From positions 1,676,001 through 1,740,000 of the forward strand of contig CM119371.1 of the NCBI GenBank assembly GCA_051294905.1: DNA of 64,000 nt, read 5' to 3'. Origin of the DNA: Botryllus schlosseri (lineage: Eukaryota). Of this stretch, positions 26,398 to 38,635 are shown one piece after another; the first letter of the stretch is position 1, and every line of letters begins with the position of its first letter. Below the pieces are notes generated by a model, which saw only the letters and a list, made by a program, of their open reading frames with translations, searched no databases and was not told the DNA's origin. The translations under genes and the position numbers were made by a program.

Positions 26398-26920
26398 TTA
26401 CAATTCACTGGAATGACGCGAGCGTATTTCGTAACGAGATCGCCAAACAATCTGTGTCTGCCAGTAGCGTCTTGCGTTGATTTCCTGGCCTCTCCCACTA
26501 AGGCTTCTTGCTTTCCATTTGCGTGACATTCCGCTGCTCGGACTCACTGTGGAGTTTTCTGCTACGTCGCAATTGTACCACAATCTTGCTCTTTTCGGTT
26601 TCACATGATTCATGAACGCTGGCTGTCGTACTGACTTTGCCTTAAAACGGAAGTATAGTCGCATCTGAGGATTATGTGGATAGAATGTGTTTTCCAATTC
26701 TGCAATCCAGAGTTTTGTAACGTTCTCTGTCTTTTCATGTGAGCGACTGAATGTTCCTATGACTTTCTCTTGAAACTTTACGCTGTCCTTTGATTTCCCT
26801 AAAAGGTAGGAATCGGTTGAATAGAGAGAGAACAACAGCCTCGTATCACAGTAACATAAAATATTTTCTAAGATAGCACTCATTATTGGGCTAGGCACAA
26901 TGACCAGAGGTATCGCATCT
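26398..26920 (-). pseudogene. Open frame (166+ aa) with an F-box-like N-terminus
   Basis: ORF in non-repeat sequence; P..IMSAILENILCYCDTRLLFSLYST resembles F-box LP.EIL.NIL.YLD...L..L; the 166-codon ORF has a non-ATG start (in-frame ATG a few codons in). Confidence 0.4.
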
Positions 26921-26984
26921 GAAATCAGTATTAACTCTACTTATTCGAGCCAACTAGAGAAATGATTTGTCTTCTTACCAATAA

Positions 26985-27393
26985 TAGGGTTACCATATTT
27001 TGGAAATCTAAAAAGAGGACACTTTTTCAGAAATTTGCAACTTGCGAAACAGAAGTAGAATTCTCAAAAACCGGTGATCAGTTGACTAAAAAAAAAAGGT
27101 CATCTTTCCGCTCAGAGCTCAAAATACCGTTTTGCCAGGTGGATGACTAAAAAAAAATCATCTTTTCGCTCAGAGCTAAATTCACCGTTTTTCACTCCGA
27201 AATACCCGCCGGAGCTTCACTTCTGTGCTAATTTGCGGCATATTACTCGCAATTTGCTCTAAATCATACCGAAATTTTCAAAAAAGAGGACAAAATCTCA
27301 AAAAAGAGGACAAAAGGGCGTCCTCCGAGGACACTTTCAAAAAAGTCAAAAAAGAGGACAAATCCTCTTAAAAGAGGACGTATGGTAAGCCTA
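26985..27393. mobile_element. TAGGCTTACCATA-family MITE (copy 3)
   Basis: TIRs plus perfect TSD ACCAATAA. Confidence 0.95.
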
Positions 27394-28999
27394 ACCAATA
27401 ATGGCTGTGCAAAAGTACTTGAGCGATTCAATACTGACTCACACATTAGGCTTTGAGCCTGGTGTAGTATTCGAGTATCACCCATTATGACGAAATACCA
27501 GTATATAAGATGTCAAAGTTCATATATATACCCTTTACGCTACTACAAATAATGAAATTCCTGTACTTTGATATTTTTTTCACAATACCGATCTGATTGC
27601 ACTTCGTGACAATGCTGTGGCTTGATCATGACTTCAGAAATATGTTAATCCCAATAACATTCATATCTTTGTACTACATGTTCCGTAGGCTCCAATATGG
27701 CCGTAGAGGTTTCAATGCTCCTACAGTAGAAAACACCGCCGAAACTATAATTATCGTAAACAATTACATTTCAGCGGCAAGGAGCGTATAATATCAGCAC
27801 GGCGAAAATTTCACTACTACTCGAATCATTAGATATATTAATCGAAGCAGATTCCAGTATTCGTATCATTGTGCCAAGCCCTACTAACCATATGTGTCGA
27901 CTTATTAACTAAAATTATCGTTTCGATCGTATTTCCACTGTGGAAGCCTTGGAACTGTATTGGTCATATAGCAGCATACGAAAGCTGTTGTACAAAACTA
28001 CGTTAGCGAAAAGGAAATATCTGTAAACCCGCGGCATTTGCAATGAAATAGCCATGGCCGACATAATACCATATCATTTTTGATATGACGTAGACCCGGC
28101 ATTACATTCTTTGTGGTTGCATGAAAGGTACATTTTTGCACTTTTCACATTTCTCATAACCCTATGATGTCATAAGTAGTGGTACTTGACTCGACGCCTA
28201 CTATTCGATTCATGGTCGAGTCACTCAGGCACTCGATTTTCACAACCCTACCAATGAATTCTACAAGGAGATTGTCAGTGGTCATCAACTCTCACAAAAC
28301 ATCGTTATTCAATAATGAATGGCAGTATCTCAAAATCTATTCGGGTGGCCAACAAGTTCTAAATCACATTGAGAGCGTATTCTTTCACCTACTATTTCAG
28401 GCTTCACCCAGTATAATATGATTCGTTGGTATGCAGACTTGTACAACCAACCGATCTAGTTAGTTGACGATCAACTGACAAATGACTAGTTGCCAACAAC
28501 TAGAAAACTTGCGTCATCGTTTGACGTGAATCGTGATCCGGTGTTTTATCGTGTGATGTTATTGCAGACATTACTACCTTAGAGTCATCACTGCGGAGAA
28601 TGGCGTGGCCAGGCTGTTAGTTAGGAGTTTACAGCCTCCTCATTTCAACTAGGACAAACTACTTCGTAAGGACAGACATTTCCAAACAGAAGGGAAGATA
28701 AGTAGTGCAATTCTAACGTTATGTGGGAAAACATCTAGTTTGCATGATAGGTCAAATTTGTTCAAAATTAGGATTTTTTAGGTCAAAAAATGTTAAAGTT
28801 TTGATTTTTTAGGTCACAATCTTTGGTTTTGTAGGTAAAAGAATCACCCTACTCAAAACCATCCATGTCATCAAACTCTCCGTTGAGACTGGCAGCATTC
28901 TGATTGCATTTGTGACATGACGATAATGGGGGCGCGAAATTTTTCACTATTAAAAAGTGGGGCGTGTCAAAGAAAATTTGAGAACCGCTGTTCTAAATC

Positions 29000-29480
29000 T
29001 AATTGAAGTTGCGGGTTTTGCAAAGAGAGTACAGATTTTGGAAATCTAGTAGTTTGTTGAAGTCTGGGTACAGCACCTGAATAGTGGTTTAAAAGTACGG
29101 TAAGCATGAACGAGTCTACCAACGTTTTCCTTACCATTCAGCGAGTCGATACAATTTGCCACTTTGTCGAAAGTGAAGTCTTGAATTGGACGAGACCACA
29201 TCCTTTGGACATGCCAATGGTGGAATTGATGGCGATCTGAATATGTATAAGATGTCAAAAATGTGACAGCAACGTATTGAAATATATGAATATGTGCAGG
29301 AAAATAATATGCATGCATCTGAGATCTGATGACCATACATATAACACACTTGATATCAAAAAGGAAGAAATAATGTTTCTCATTAAGTTCTAGTTTTTGA
29401 TATTTGCCTTCAACTTCCACACACTTGCCACAATCAAATTTTGAATTCATTTTCATGTTTGGATGACGGATATAGAGCAG
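29000..29480 (-). pseudogene. Decayed paralogue of an unidentified gene family (family A)
   Basis: 136-codon open frame; nucleotide homology to 54075-54530, 52060-52380, 45270-45480 and (GKCV.. segment) 43150-43270. Confidence 0.5.
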
Positions 29481-29559
29481 TGGCCGGCCACCTCTGTATC
29501 ATGATCCCAAGCGGGGTCAATTATCGACAATCGACAGTGCATAGTGGTATGCGATCTAG

Positions 29560-30090
29560 TTAAGTTAGTTGCAGAGCTTTAATGGTCGTGGTTCCAGTTA
29601 CGCATCTCAAACACCCAGCAGTTTGTAGGAATCTGTTGGTATAAATTATTTCAGGAAGTGGGTAGAGTTTTATCCTCATTGGCCGAATGATTATGATCAA
29701 GTGTTGTAAAGGGAAAATGATACCATAAAATGAAACAGAAAACAAGAAAAGGTAATGTCAAAGTCACAAAATGTCTGCTTTGCTTGCATATTTACCTGTT
29801 TTCCAATGAAAATCAACTATGGGCCTCTTGATCGGCACGAAGACACCAGGATTGTCATCAAAACTTTTCGAAGCTTTCAAAGCGTGCTCGTGCTTGGTGA
29901 CGCGAATGAATGCGTATCAGAGCGGTCTTCCGACTCCGTCTTTGTTGAAAGTCTTCTCGAGAATCCATGATAACTGCACCATGTCGATCTTTGAATTGGG
30001 ACAGGAGAAGCTTCTGAAAACATAATGGAATCACTTTATCGAAGTACTCCTAAGAGTAAACGAGTTAGTTACACAAAACGGCTACAGACA
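29560..30090 (+). pseudogene. Decayed paralogue of 48940-49520
   Basis: Colinear homology (TTTACCTGTTTTCCAATGA, TCCTCATTGGC, AAAATGAAACAGA); SSLAE*L*SSVVKGK*YHKMKQ vs SSLAGWWSSVVKEE*RQKMKQ. Confidence 0.5.
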
Positions 30091-33000
30091 AAATATAGAA
30101 CAGCGTTTCTCTACCTTATCAGCTTGTGTAACGATAAAATATCCAAAAATCAAGTTCAACACAGAATGTAATGACGACAACATCATGCAATTTGAAACAA
30201 AGAATCTTAACATTATTCAAATGAGAAATTTGCTACTGTCCGTTTGATATCACACCCGTTATATGAGGTCTCATTGAAGCCTCTGAGAGACGGGATAAAA
30301 CCAACAACTCACTTTTGACCATTTGGTTTATTTTGGAAGAAACGCGACCAAATGTCTGCCGGATATATAATACTGTCAAACATTGCTATTTTGGTATTTT
30401 AGAATGTCCTCAAATTTCGGTAAGTATTTATGACTCATGAATGGTCTTTAACGAGTTGTAGGCTACTTTCAAACACGGTACAGCAATTGAAGCATTGTTC
30501 GCTGAAGACTTCCAGGTTAGCATAAGGTATCTTCAGGTTAGAAAAGGTTAAGAACCACTGCTCTAGTCATTTAGTATACTACCTCGATGATAGCACATCA
30601 TAGAAAACACACATATTTCAGCAGAGAAGTTGTATCCAGTGATAATCAGTTTAACGATGGACTTGTGTCATAGCTATGAATGGAAATTGTTAACATGACG
30701 GATCGAATATTCTGAACCGATGCTACTTGTTCGAGGTTCTTATGCGAGGACAGTAGTTCTTAACCTTTACTAACCCGGTGAACCGTTACATTATTCTGAA
30801 AGCATTAGGAGAACCCCATATTTTTGGCAAGTCACTAACAAGCTACCAGGTAACACATCTAATGCACTACCGTACTATAGAATACTAGTCCACTAAATCA
30901 ATTTTGCATTACCATCACTGTTGAAGGAAAAAAACATATAACATGATGATCACACAGCATATATTACAGTAAATGATTGAGACTTCTGCTGTATGAGTCT
31001 GGTTCAGAATGACTTGGACAACTGAATAATTCTGGTTGTTTGATATCACTAATTATACGAAAATGTCAGTAATATAATTCTAACATAATTAGTGAAATTT
31101 TTCTTTGCTCTAATTCTAATCTAATTTCTTAATTCTAATGTATTTTCTGGTCCATCCAGAATTGCTACAGGAGAACTGTGCCGTGCAAAACGAGTCGAGC
31201 ATAGTGTGCAGACATTTGTCAGCGTCATGCTTATGAGAATAAGGTCTGATATGATATGAACTGGACTTTATTCCATGTCCAAGCTTTTGCAAATTGATTA
31301 ATTCTAATTACAATCTAATTTGGTAAAACTGTGTAACTATGTAACTTGAAGTCTGGTCTAATTTGAAAAAAAACGGTACAGTTATAATTCGAATTCTAGT
31401 CTAATTTGGAAAAGAAAAAAAATGTGCAGCTGCAACTCTAATTCCGATCTAATTTCGAAAACCTGAAAATCATGTAGTTGTCCATGTCTGGCTCATAAAA
31501 CCCCTGCGGTAATCGTATGAGCCCTTGTTAGTAAGCACCGCTCCAAGGTAAAATACAAAGCATGCTATCAGTTGTGATTCTGACACACCTTAAACTTTTC
31601 ACCGTTCACACTTCTAGGAAGATTGTCAAAATAAAGTCAAGTTGCAGAGAGACATTAGGATTTTTTCTGTTAGGCCCGTTTGGCATTGTTGATCTTTTCA
31701 CGTTTCTTCCATTCTATTGCGTTGAGACCTAATGCGGCTCGCGTTCCTACACAAAAAAAAACACATCAGGTCAGTGTAGTCAGCATTGCAATTTACTACA
31801 AGTGTTAATCGGATGTGCCCAGCAAACACTGAACCGTAAAAAAACCTTTCGGGATGGTTTCGAATGGTTATTTTAGGGTTTCGATTTTTATGTTTCAGAG
31901 GTATGTTTAAAAAACGTAGGAAAAATGATCTTGAAGATCAAATTATTCTGTATGAATTCCAATTTGGTGGTAAGTATTCTGATGTGGGAAGCTATTTGGA
32001 ACCTGTAGATACCGTTGCGTTTTGATAGAGTGCTGCCATCAGTATAAATTCGTGTTACTTGGTCGAAAACCCTATTTTCTGATTTACCGTCATCATTATA
32101 TACAGCCTATATTCATTGTCTCGTGAGTCTCGTCTGTTTCGCTAGCTGAGCATGAATTCCAGTTTTATTCCGAGTAAATATAACTAAATAAGTCGAATGG
32201 GTGCACTTAACTGTACGTGGTTATCCGAGCGTAACTTCTAGATTATTCTGGAAATTTGAACCGCGCTTCGCGCTTCGTTCGCGGAATCGCGGGATGACTG
32301 TTTCGGAATGTGGTTGTAGTTGTGTATGTTAAATTCTGGAAGCTGGAATTGCGACTGGTACCGGGTGTGGGTAAAAACTAGCTGTACGGTACATAGTTGA
32401 GCGAGTAATATGCTATTTTGAAGGAATACCCTGTAGTTTATGACTCCGAGAGCTGTTTGACTTGCTGCAAACAGTTCGAAAATTACGTCTATTTCGGTGG
32501 CAGTAATAATAATAATACAAGCATTTTCAGCTATTTATAACATTATAATGTAGCATGTTATCAGGGACAATCACCGTACCGGACTGCATACTATATGGGT
32601 TGCTCAATGGCTTGGTCGTCTGCAGTTATCCACGTAAGTTTCTAAAATTATGCTTATATGAGTCATTTTCGTATCATATTATGATAACATACCGTAACAT
32701 GTAGGGGATTATATGACACGGCCTACTGGGTATAATCTTAGCGCTGGCGACCAGCTGTACCAACTACTTTTTCACTGATTCCTAAAATACTAATTAAAAT
32801 CTCGTCCGGGCACTGAAACCCCCTAAAATCTCCCACAAAGTTGGAAATTTTCATTTTACTGAACAATAGGGGCGCCCGAGCTGAATGCCGATTAACATTT
32901 GGTACGCACGGTACCGATTGTGACGCCATGCCATTGAGCGTCTCGGCGAAGTCAAGCCGTGCTCCCGGTGAGGCCGTGACCCTCTGAGTATGTTGCTAGA

Positions 33001-33257
33001 GATTGATGTGATGCCAATATACGTCCTATTCGAGTAGTTTTAGTATTTCGCGTCGTAGCGCATTTACAAATTTGAGAATACAAATGATAGCACTGAAGCC
33101 AACGCATATTGTAGAATTTACTATCAACATCAACGTGTACTTATTTGAAGCTAGCTGGCCAATTTACAAAACAATTATATAGTTCCATTCGGGTCTTGAT
33201 GGTTCCTAAATTTTATTTGAATTGGCAATATTGGAACGTAGTTTTAGGTGTTGCAAC

Positions 33258-33431
33258 CAATGTTCCCTGTAAGCTGCTCAAGTGTGCAAATGCGACATGC
33301 TGACACCGTATCTGGGCACAGAAAATTTAAGCTGCGCACAAAACATCAAAGTGATGACCTTTTTTTAGTCGCTACGCACTGTTGTCCAAGTTGAGTGCGT
33401 GAAGACTCTTGAAAAATTGGAGGGAACATTG
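33258..33431. mobile_element. Small hAT-type MITE
   Basis: TIR CAATGTTCCCT/AGGGAACATTG; TSD GTTGCAAC/GTTGCAGC. Confidence 0.88.
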
Positions 33432-33734
33432 GTTGCAGCTACTTTGAGTTGGTTGCATCGCATCAATCACTGTAAACGCGAATACGTCCTAAAATGCAAG
33501 TAGCCTACTTTCATATTTTTTGTCGCGCATATAAAAATTTGGACAAATAGAAATGAGAACACACCAGTTATTCTCTGCGATTAACCGACTGATTAACAAA
33601 ACGGCTCATTCTCATAATTCATTCAGCTAAGTCCTAAACGGCATCCCAACCAAACCAAAAATGGCATAAACAGTGGTGTGTGATCTAAGTGGTTTTAGGC
33701 CGCCATGTTTTGATCGGCGTCGCAGATATCGCAA

Positions 33735-34840
33735 ATGTATGATTTCAAACTGCCGAACATCCCAATTATAGGTACAATTTATCTATCTATGATGCACTAT
33801 AAACACTGGATTTCGTTAATTAGCCTGTTATGCGCAGAGAACACCTAGTGTGTTATCGCACTGGTGTCTCATTCACATTAGAACTATGTTATAATATTGT
33901 CAGTTCCGATGAAATTTATGACCCACAAAGAGCCGAATGGATTCATCTGCTACGTGCAAGGAAGTACGCATCTATATCGAATTCCGCAGTGATATGCGTA
34001 GGTAGGCTGCATTTGTATAATCAAAATTCGTGGATGCGCGATGATGCGAAATGCAAAAACTACTCGACGTATTCGGGTCACATTGAATTATATGTCGCAA
34101 AATACTCTGACAATCATGGGGAACACAGCTCGACTTTGCCGAGACGCTTGTTGGCGTCACAGTCGAAAAGAGACTTTATTCGACTATTGTCTACGGGCGA
34201 TACAATTGTTAGAAACAATGTAGATTCGGACATTGAGGGTTATTTTCGGGGGCTTCCAGTGGCCGGACCAAATTTTAATTTATATTTTCGAAATCAATGT
34301 GACAGTAGCTTTCGATTGAGACCGGTTCAGCAAAATTTTGAGCTCGAGTTGCCAGCGCTAAGATTACCACCTACTGCTTTCGATTTCAGAAACAGCAGCA
34401 CTGATTTTTTTCGGAAGAGCAAGCAGATGCGTAAGAGCTGGCAAAATTGGTAAACTTCTTGACCGGAAAGTGAATTAAACTGTTCTACAAAAAGATTGTA
34501 CCGCAGGTATGAGGCTGAATATTTCTAATACTTCTGAGACTTATGGCTAGCAAAACAAGATATACAATTGCAGTTTAAAGTTCATCCAACGCAGAAGCAA
34601 CTTCCCACTTGGCAGACCGGACTGTCACAATATCACATTGAGACGATCGCAAAAGTGGATTATTCCCTCGGTATGTCTAGAATTTTTAACCGGACTGACT
34701 TTGATAATTATAATGATATCAAAAACTCAATCTCAAACCAAGTATCAATCTTTGATTCGTGGATGTGAAGCAATAACTGCAACTGCTGTACCCAGAATCC
34801 CTCAATAGAGTTCTTTAGAGTAATGAGGTATCTTCAGTAA
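33735..34840 (+). pseudogene. Decayed, apparently intronless ZU5-UPA-death domain (UNC5CL-like) coding sequence
   Basis: Longest ORF in the window (33830-34453, 207 aa) plus flanking frames: TIYLSM..(18)..LVCYRTGVSFT...YDP...EWIHLL (ZU5-like); IRLLSTGDT...IEGYFRGLPVAGP...LYFRN (UPA-like); LSQYHIETIAKVDYSLG...FNRTDFDNYNDIKNSISNQVSIFDSW (death-domain-like). Confidence 0.5.
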
Positions 34841-36839
34841 CTTGAGACTATATTTTCATGCTTTGCGGGGATAGTTATGTGCACTAGATTCATTTTAATA
34901 TTCTGAAAACAATGTGGGGGTCGAATATCCGCATTTTACTTTCATGACCAAAAGTATTTAAGAACCCCTGTAGATACGATACCGCCATATTGTATATTTT
35001 GACTCGCGTCAAGTCAGGTTAATCGATTTTCGAAGGTGACTCGAGTCAAATCTCTCGATTTTTGTATGTGACTCGAGTTGAGTCAAAATTCAAGTCAAGG
35101 TGCCTTTTCGTCGTATGAGGCATGATTATGTCATTGCATTTTGCTAGCTGTCTGAAACAGATTGAGCGGTAATTGACTCTGAGCCAATGAACGAATATAG
35201 AGTTAAATATACGCGCAAGAAGACGCTGTATCGCTCACATATACGCAGAACTGTTAAACTGCGTAAGTTATTGCACAGCCTCAGTTTATAGAACTTCTAG
35301 AACTGGTAACTTTACCAGCCAAAATAGAGAATAGAGAAATAAATTGATAAGATGCAATACATTACCCTTTTACAAACAGATATGATACACCATGCGTTAG
35401 TACAACGACGAAGCCGTTTCTGCTAGTGCGGAATAGTGTTGTTGCACACAGGCGAATAGCTTATTTTGAAAAAAGCAATAATTTGAAACTGACATCAATT
35501 TCAGCATTCAACCGTCAGCCACGTGTTGCACATCTATCCGTAGATTAGTTATCAATACCTATATCTATAGCTACTGTTCGGTCAACTGGAAAGTTACACA
35601 GCACATTGCATTGAAATAGCAGTGACGTAACGTTAGCAGTCTTCTCACAACTTTTCTGCAATCCTAGTTAAAACTCCAGACTCAAAGCAAGAGGCTTGGA
35701 TGCATGATGATGCATTTTTGTTTTACTTCTAATCCAATTCCTGGTTTTCCTGTAAAGGCGACTGTAGGCCTATTGTGTGAAACAAGCCAAGCTTGCTGTA
35801 CGGTACAGACATTTGCTATTCTCATGTCCTTAATAAGAATGGACCATGATTTGGAACTTGATGCGATGTCCGAGTTTTCTCGAATTTAGTCATTTTAATC
35901 TAATTTGTATACAAACTGTAGCTATAATTCTAATTTAAATCTAATTTGCAGACAACTGCTGTGTAGCTATAATCCTTATTCTACTCTGATTCGGAAATAT
36001 ATCTAACTGTAATTCCAATCTAATCAGGAAAAGCTAAAATATTTCTAATTGTCCAAGTCTTTTTGTGAAGTCCTTGTCGGGTATGATCGTTGCACTTGAA
36101 TAATTCTGTTTGTATATTATGATTTCAGATAGCTGGATTCAGCTCAGTTGGAGGCGACACAATTGGCCAATCTGTCAGATCCATCATGAAAAAGGTCGCT
36201 ACTACCCGTGTGTGGAGCAGTTACAGCCGTGTTGGAAAATCTGGGAAGGAGGCTTTTAACAAGCTCGCGTTATACAAGATCATATATAGTGAGCAACATT
36301 TATGTTTACCTTCGAACCTATCTATATGTGTTCAGTAGCCTACCTTACACCCCATGTAAATGTTGAGCTAGCTCAGTGGTTCTCGAACTTTTTTGACAAG
36401 CTACCTTGACAATAGCTAAAATTTTCGCCACCACCCCTTTATCGTCATATCAAAAATATTAAAACGAGCAGCCAGAATATTAGCGACCCCAACACATTGT
36501 TTGGCGGCATGCAGGGTATTCTGGCTACACTATGTTACCAGCCTGAACTATCGCGTCTCCAGTAGGACTGTCGTGTGTGCGCAGCGTGTGCGAATGTTAG
36601 CCTGACCGCGGACTTTAGGCTGTTGATGACTAAAATATCAGTTCCGACATGTTGGCGTAGCCAGGAGCCATCTTTGTATATGACCATAAAGTAGAATATC
36701 TCGTAAAGGATTTATTTGTCTTGATATTTTTTTAGCGCTGCGCTCGATTTATTGCCAATCGTTTTCTTGCTTTTAGTATTGGTGTCTCCTCCTGAAACGT
36801 CTTATTTACGGAATTGATATTAGCTATATTGGCAATTAT

Positions 36840-37740
36840 GCGAGAACGTGTCGTCCAACATACGACTTCGCGTCTGCACTCGCGAAAAGATCGTCGGCGA
36901 TGAAACCTTTGCACAAAGTGATAGACGCACTTTCACTGAACTCTTCGATATTGATACGTCCAAGCGTTGATTAATCATGTCCTGGCCAAATGAGCCCAGC
37001 AGTTTACAGCGTCGACCCACAATATATGCAACTAACAATGTTTTATTGACCTAATTCTTTCAATAACTTTAATAATATTTTCGCGCTTTGCGCGACTAGG
37101 ACATGTTTTCATGACATAATTGTTAACGATTTTGATGTGTGGTAATATGAGTCCTTTTTTACCGTCACCTATAATCCGGTTCGTTCCTATCGAACGACTA
37201 AAAAAGCACATCAACATTCAAGTGGCCCACGCAATGGTTTGGAAATCTCATGTGGCCCGTTGGCCGAAAAGGTTGGCCACCCCTGATGTACGGTATCAAT
37301 AAATTTTTGTCAATCATTATTCAATCGATTAACCAATTCAGTGTCATGGTTCAGTTATTCAAATGTAATACGATGTAATGTTATTCAACAGAATGTTATG
37401 TAATTTAACATTGCAAGTCTATTATGGTTAGTGCAGGGGTGGCCAATCGTTTTCAAAAGTCTATTATGGTTTGTGCAGGGGTGGCCAACCCTTTCAAATT
37501 TTTTCAAAGTTCACGAAACAATTAGGTCAATGAAATAATGTTAGTTACATATATTGTGGGCCGTCGCTGTATACCGCTGGGCTTATTTGACCAGGACATG
37601 ATTAATCAACGCTTGGACATATCAATATCGAAGAGTTCAGTGAAAGCGCGTCTATCACTTTGTGCAAAGTTTTCATCGCCGACGATCTCTTCGCGAGTGC
37701 AGGCGCGAAGTCGGATGTCGGACGACACGTTCTCGCATTC
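36840..37740. repeat. About 215-bp inverted repeat formed by two tail-to-tail hAT element ends
   Basis: 36840-37055 is the reverse complement of 37520-37737; termini GGTTGGCCACCCCTG (37285) and CAGGGGTGGCCAA (37434, 37476). Confidence 0.9.
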
Positions 37741-38428
37741 CATTTTGCTGGGTAAAAGACGGATTAATCGGTCATTTATCTTCAATCAAATAATATAAAG
37801 TTAAATATAAATGCAAAAGGCGTTTTATCACTCACACGTAGAACTGCTAATAGCATATGTGAGTAACTTTATAGCTACACGCTACGTTCTATTATCAGCC
37901 AAAATAGAGGATCGAATACGAAGCCTCGAGAAGTTGCAATAAATTGATAAGGGACAATATACTACCCTTCCGTGAGAATAGGGACGCATAGACAGTATTC
38001 GTTCGATTTAAATTATACAGGAGAGTTGGTAAAAGATAGCACCGCGCAATTTAACCACTGTGCTGTCTGAGAAACAAAGATACCTTGCTAACAGAATAAA
38101 CTACTACTACGACGACAACGCAAGCATAAGCTGTGACCGTTTCGTTTGCGGTCAATTAAATTATGATGTAACAACAGGATCAGTGAAAGGTGCGATCAGT
38201 GAATGGCTGTTTGCTCTCACAAGTGATACCGGCATATCGCAAAAAATCCGAACGTACATAAGATATAGGGTGATTTAATTGACACCGTTTACTTGATTAC
38301 TTGAAATTGACTCGTGAATTTTACTCCGAGTCACGAGTCAATCCATACATCTCGAGCGCCGAGTCGAGTCAAGTCATTTTTGCAAAGTGACTCGAGTCAT
38401 CCCAACACTGCGTAGTACTAAGAGCTAT

Positions 38429-38635
38429 CTAAACAGGATCGAGCATGTCTTTAACATTCAATGTTGTTGTTTCTCTGTAGGGTTCTATGGGGAAAAAGGC
38501 AGAAAGCAGCGTCTTATCCTCGTCATCAGAAGATGAAGAAGACACATAATCAGTTGGCTTGATTATTTTTTCATTGGCTTCTTTGACATCGTTTCGTTCT
38601 GAATTATTTTCTTTGAGTTTCGTTGACATTGTTTT
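38429..38635 (-). other. Possible start-codon exon (MSTKLKENNSERNDVKEANEK...SSSSSDDED)
   Basis: TACAG acceptor 6 nt upstream of ATG, hydrophilic/acidic 66-aa frame; ends next to a MITE terminus. Confidence 0.35.
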
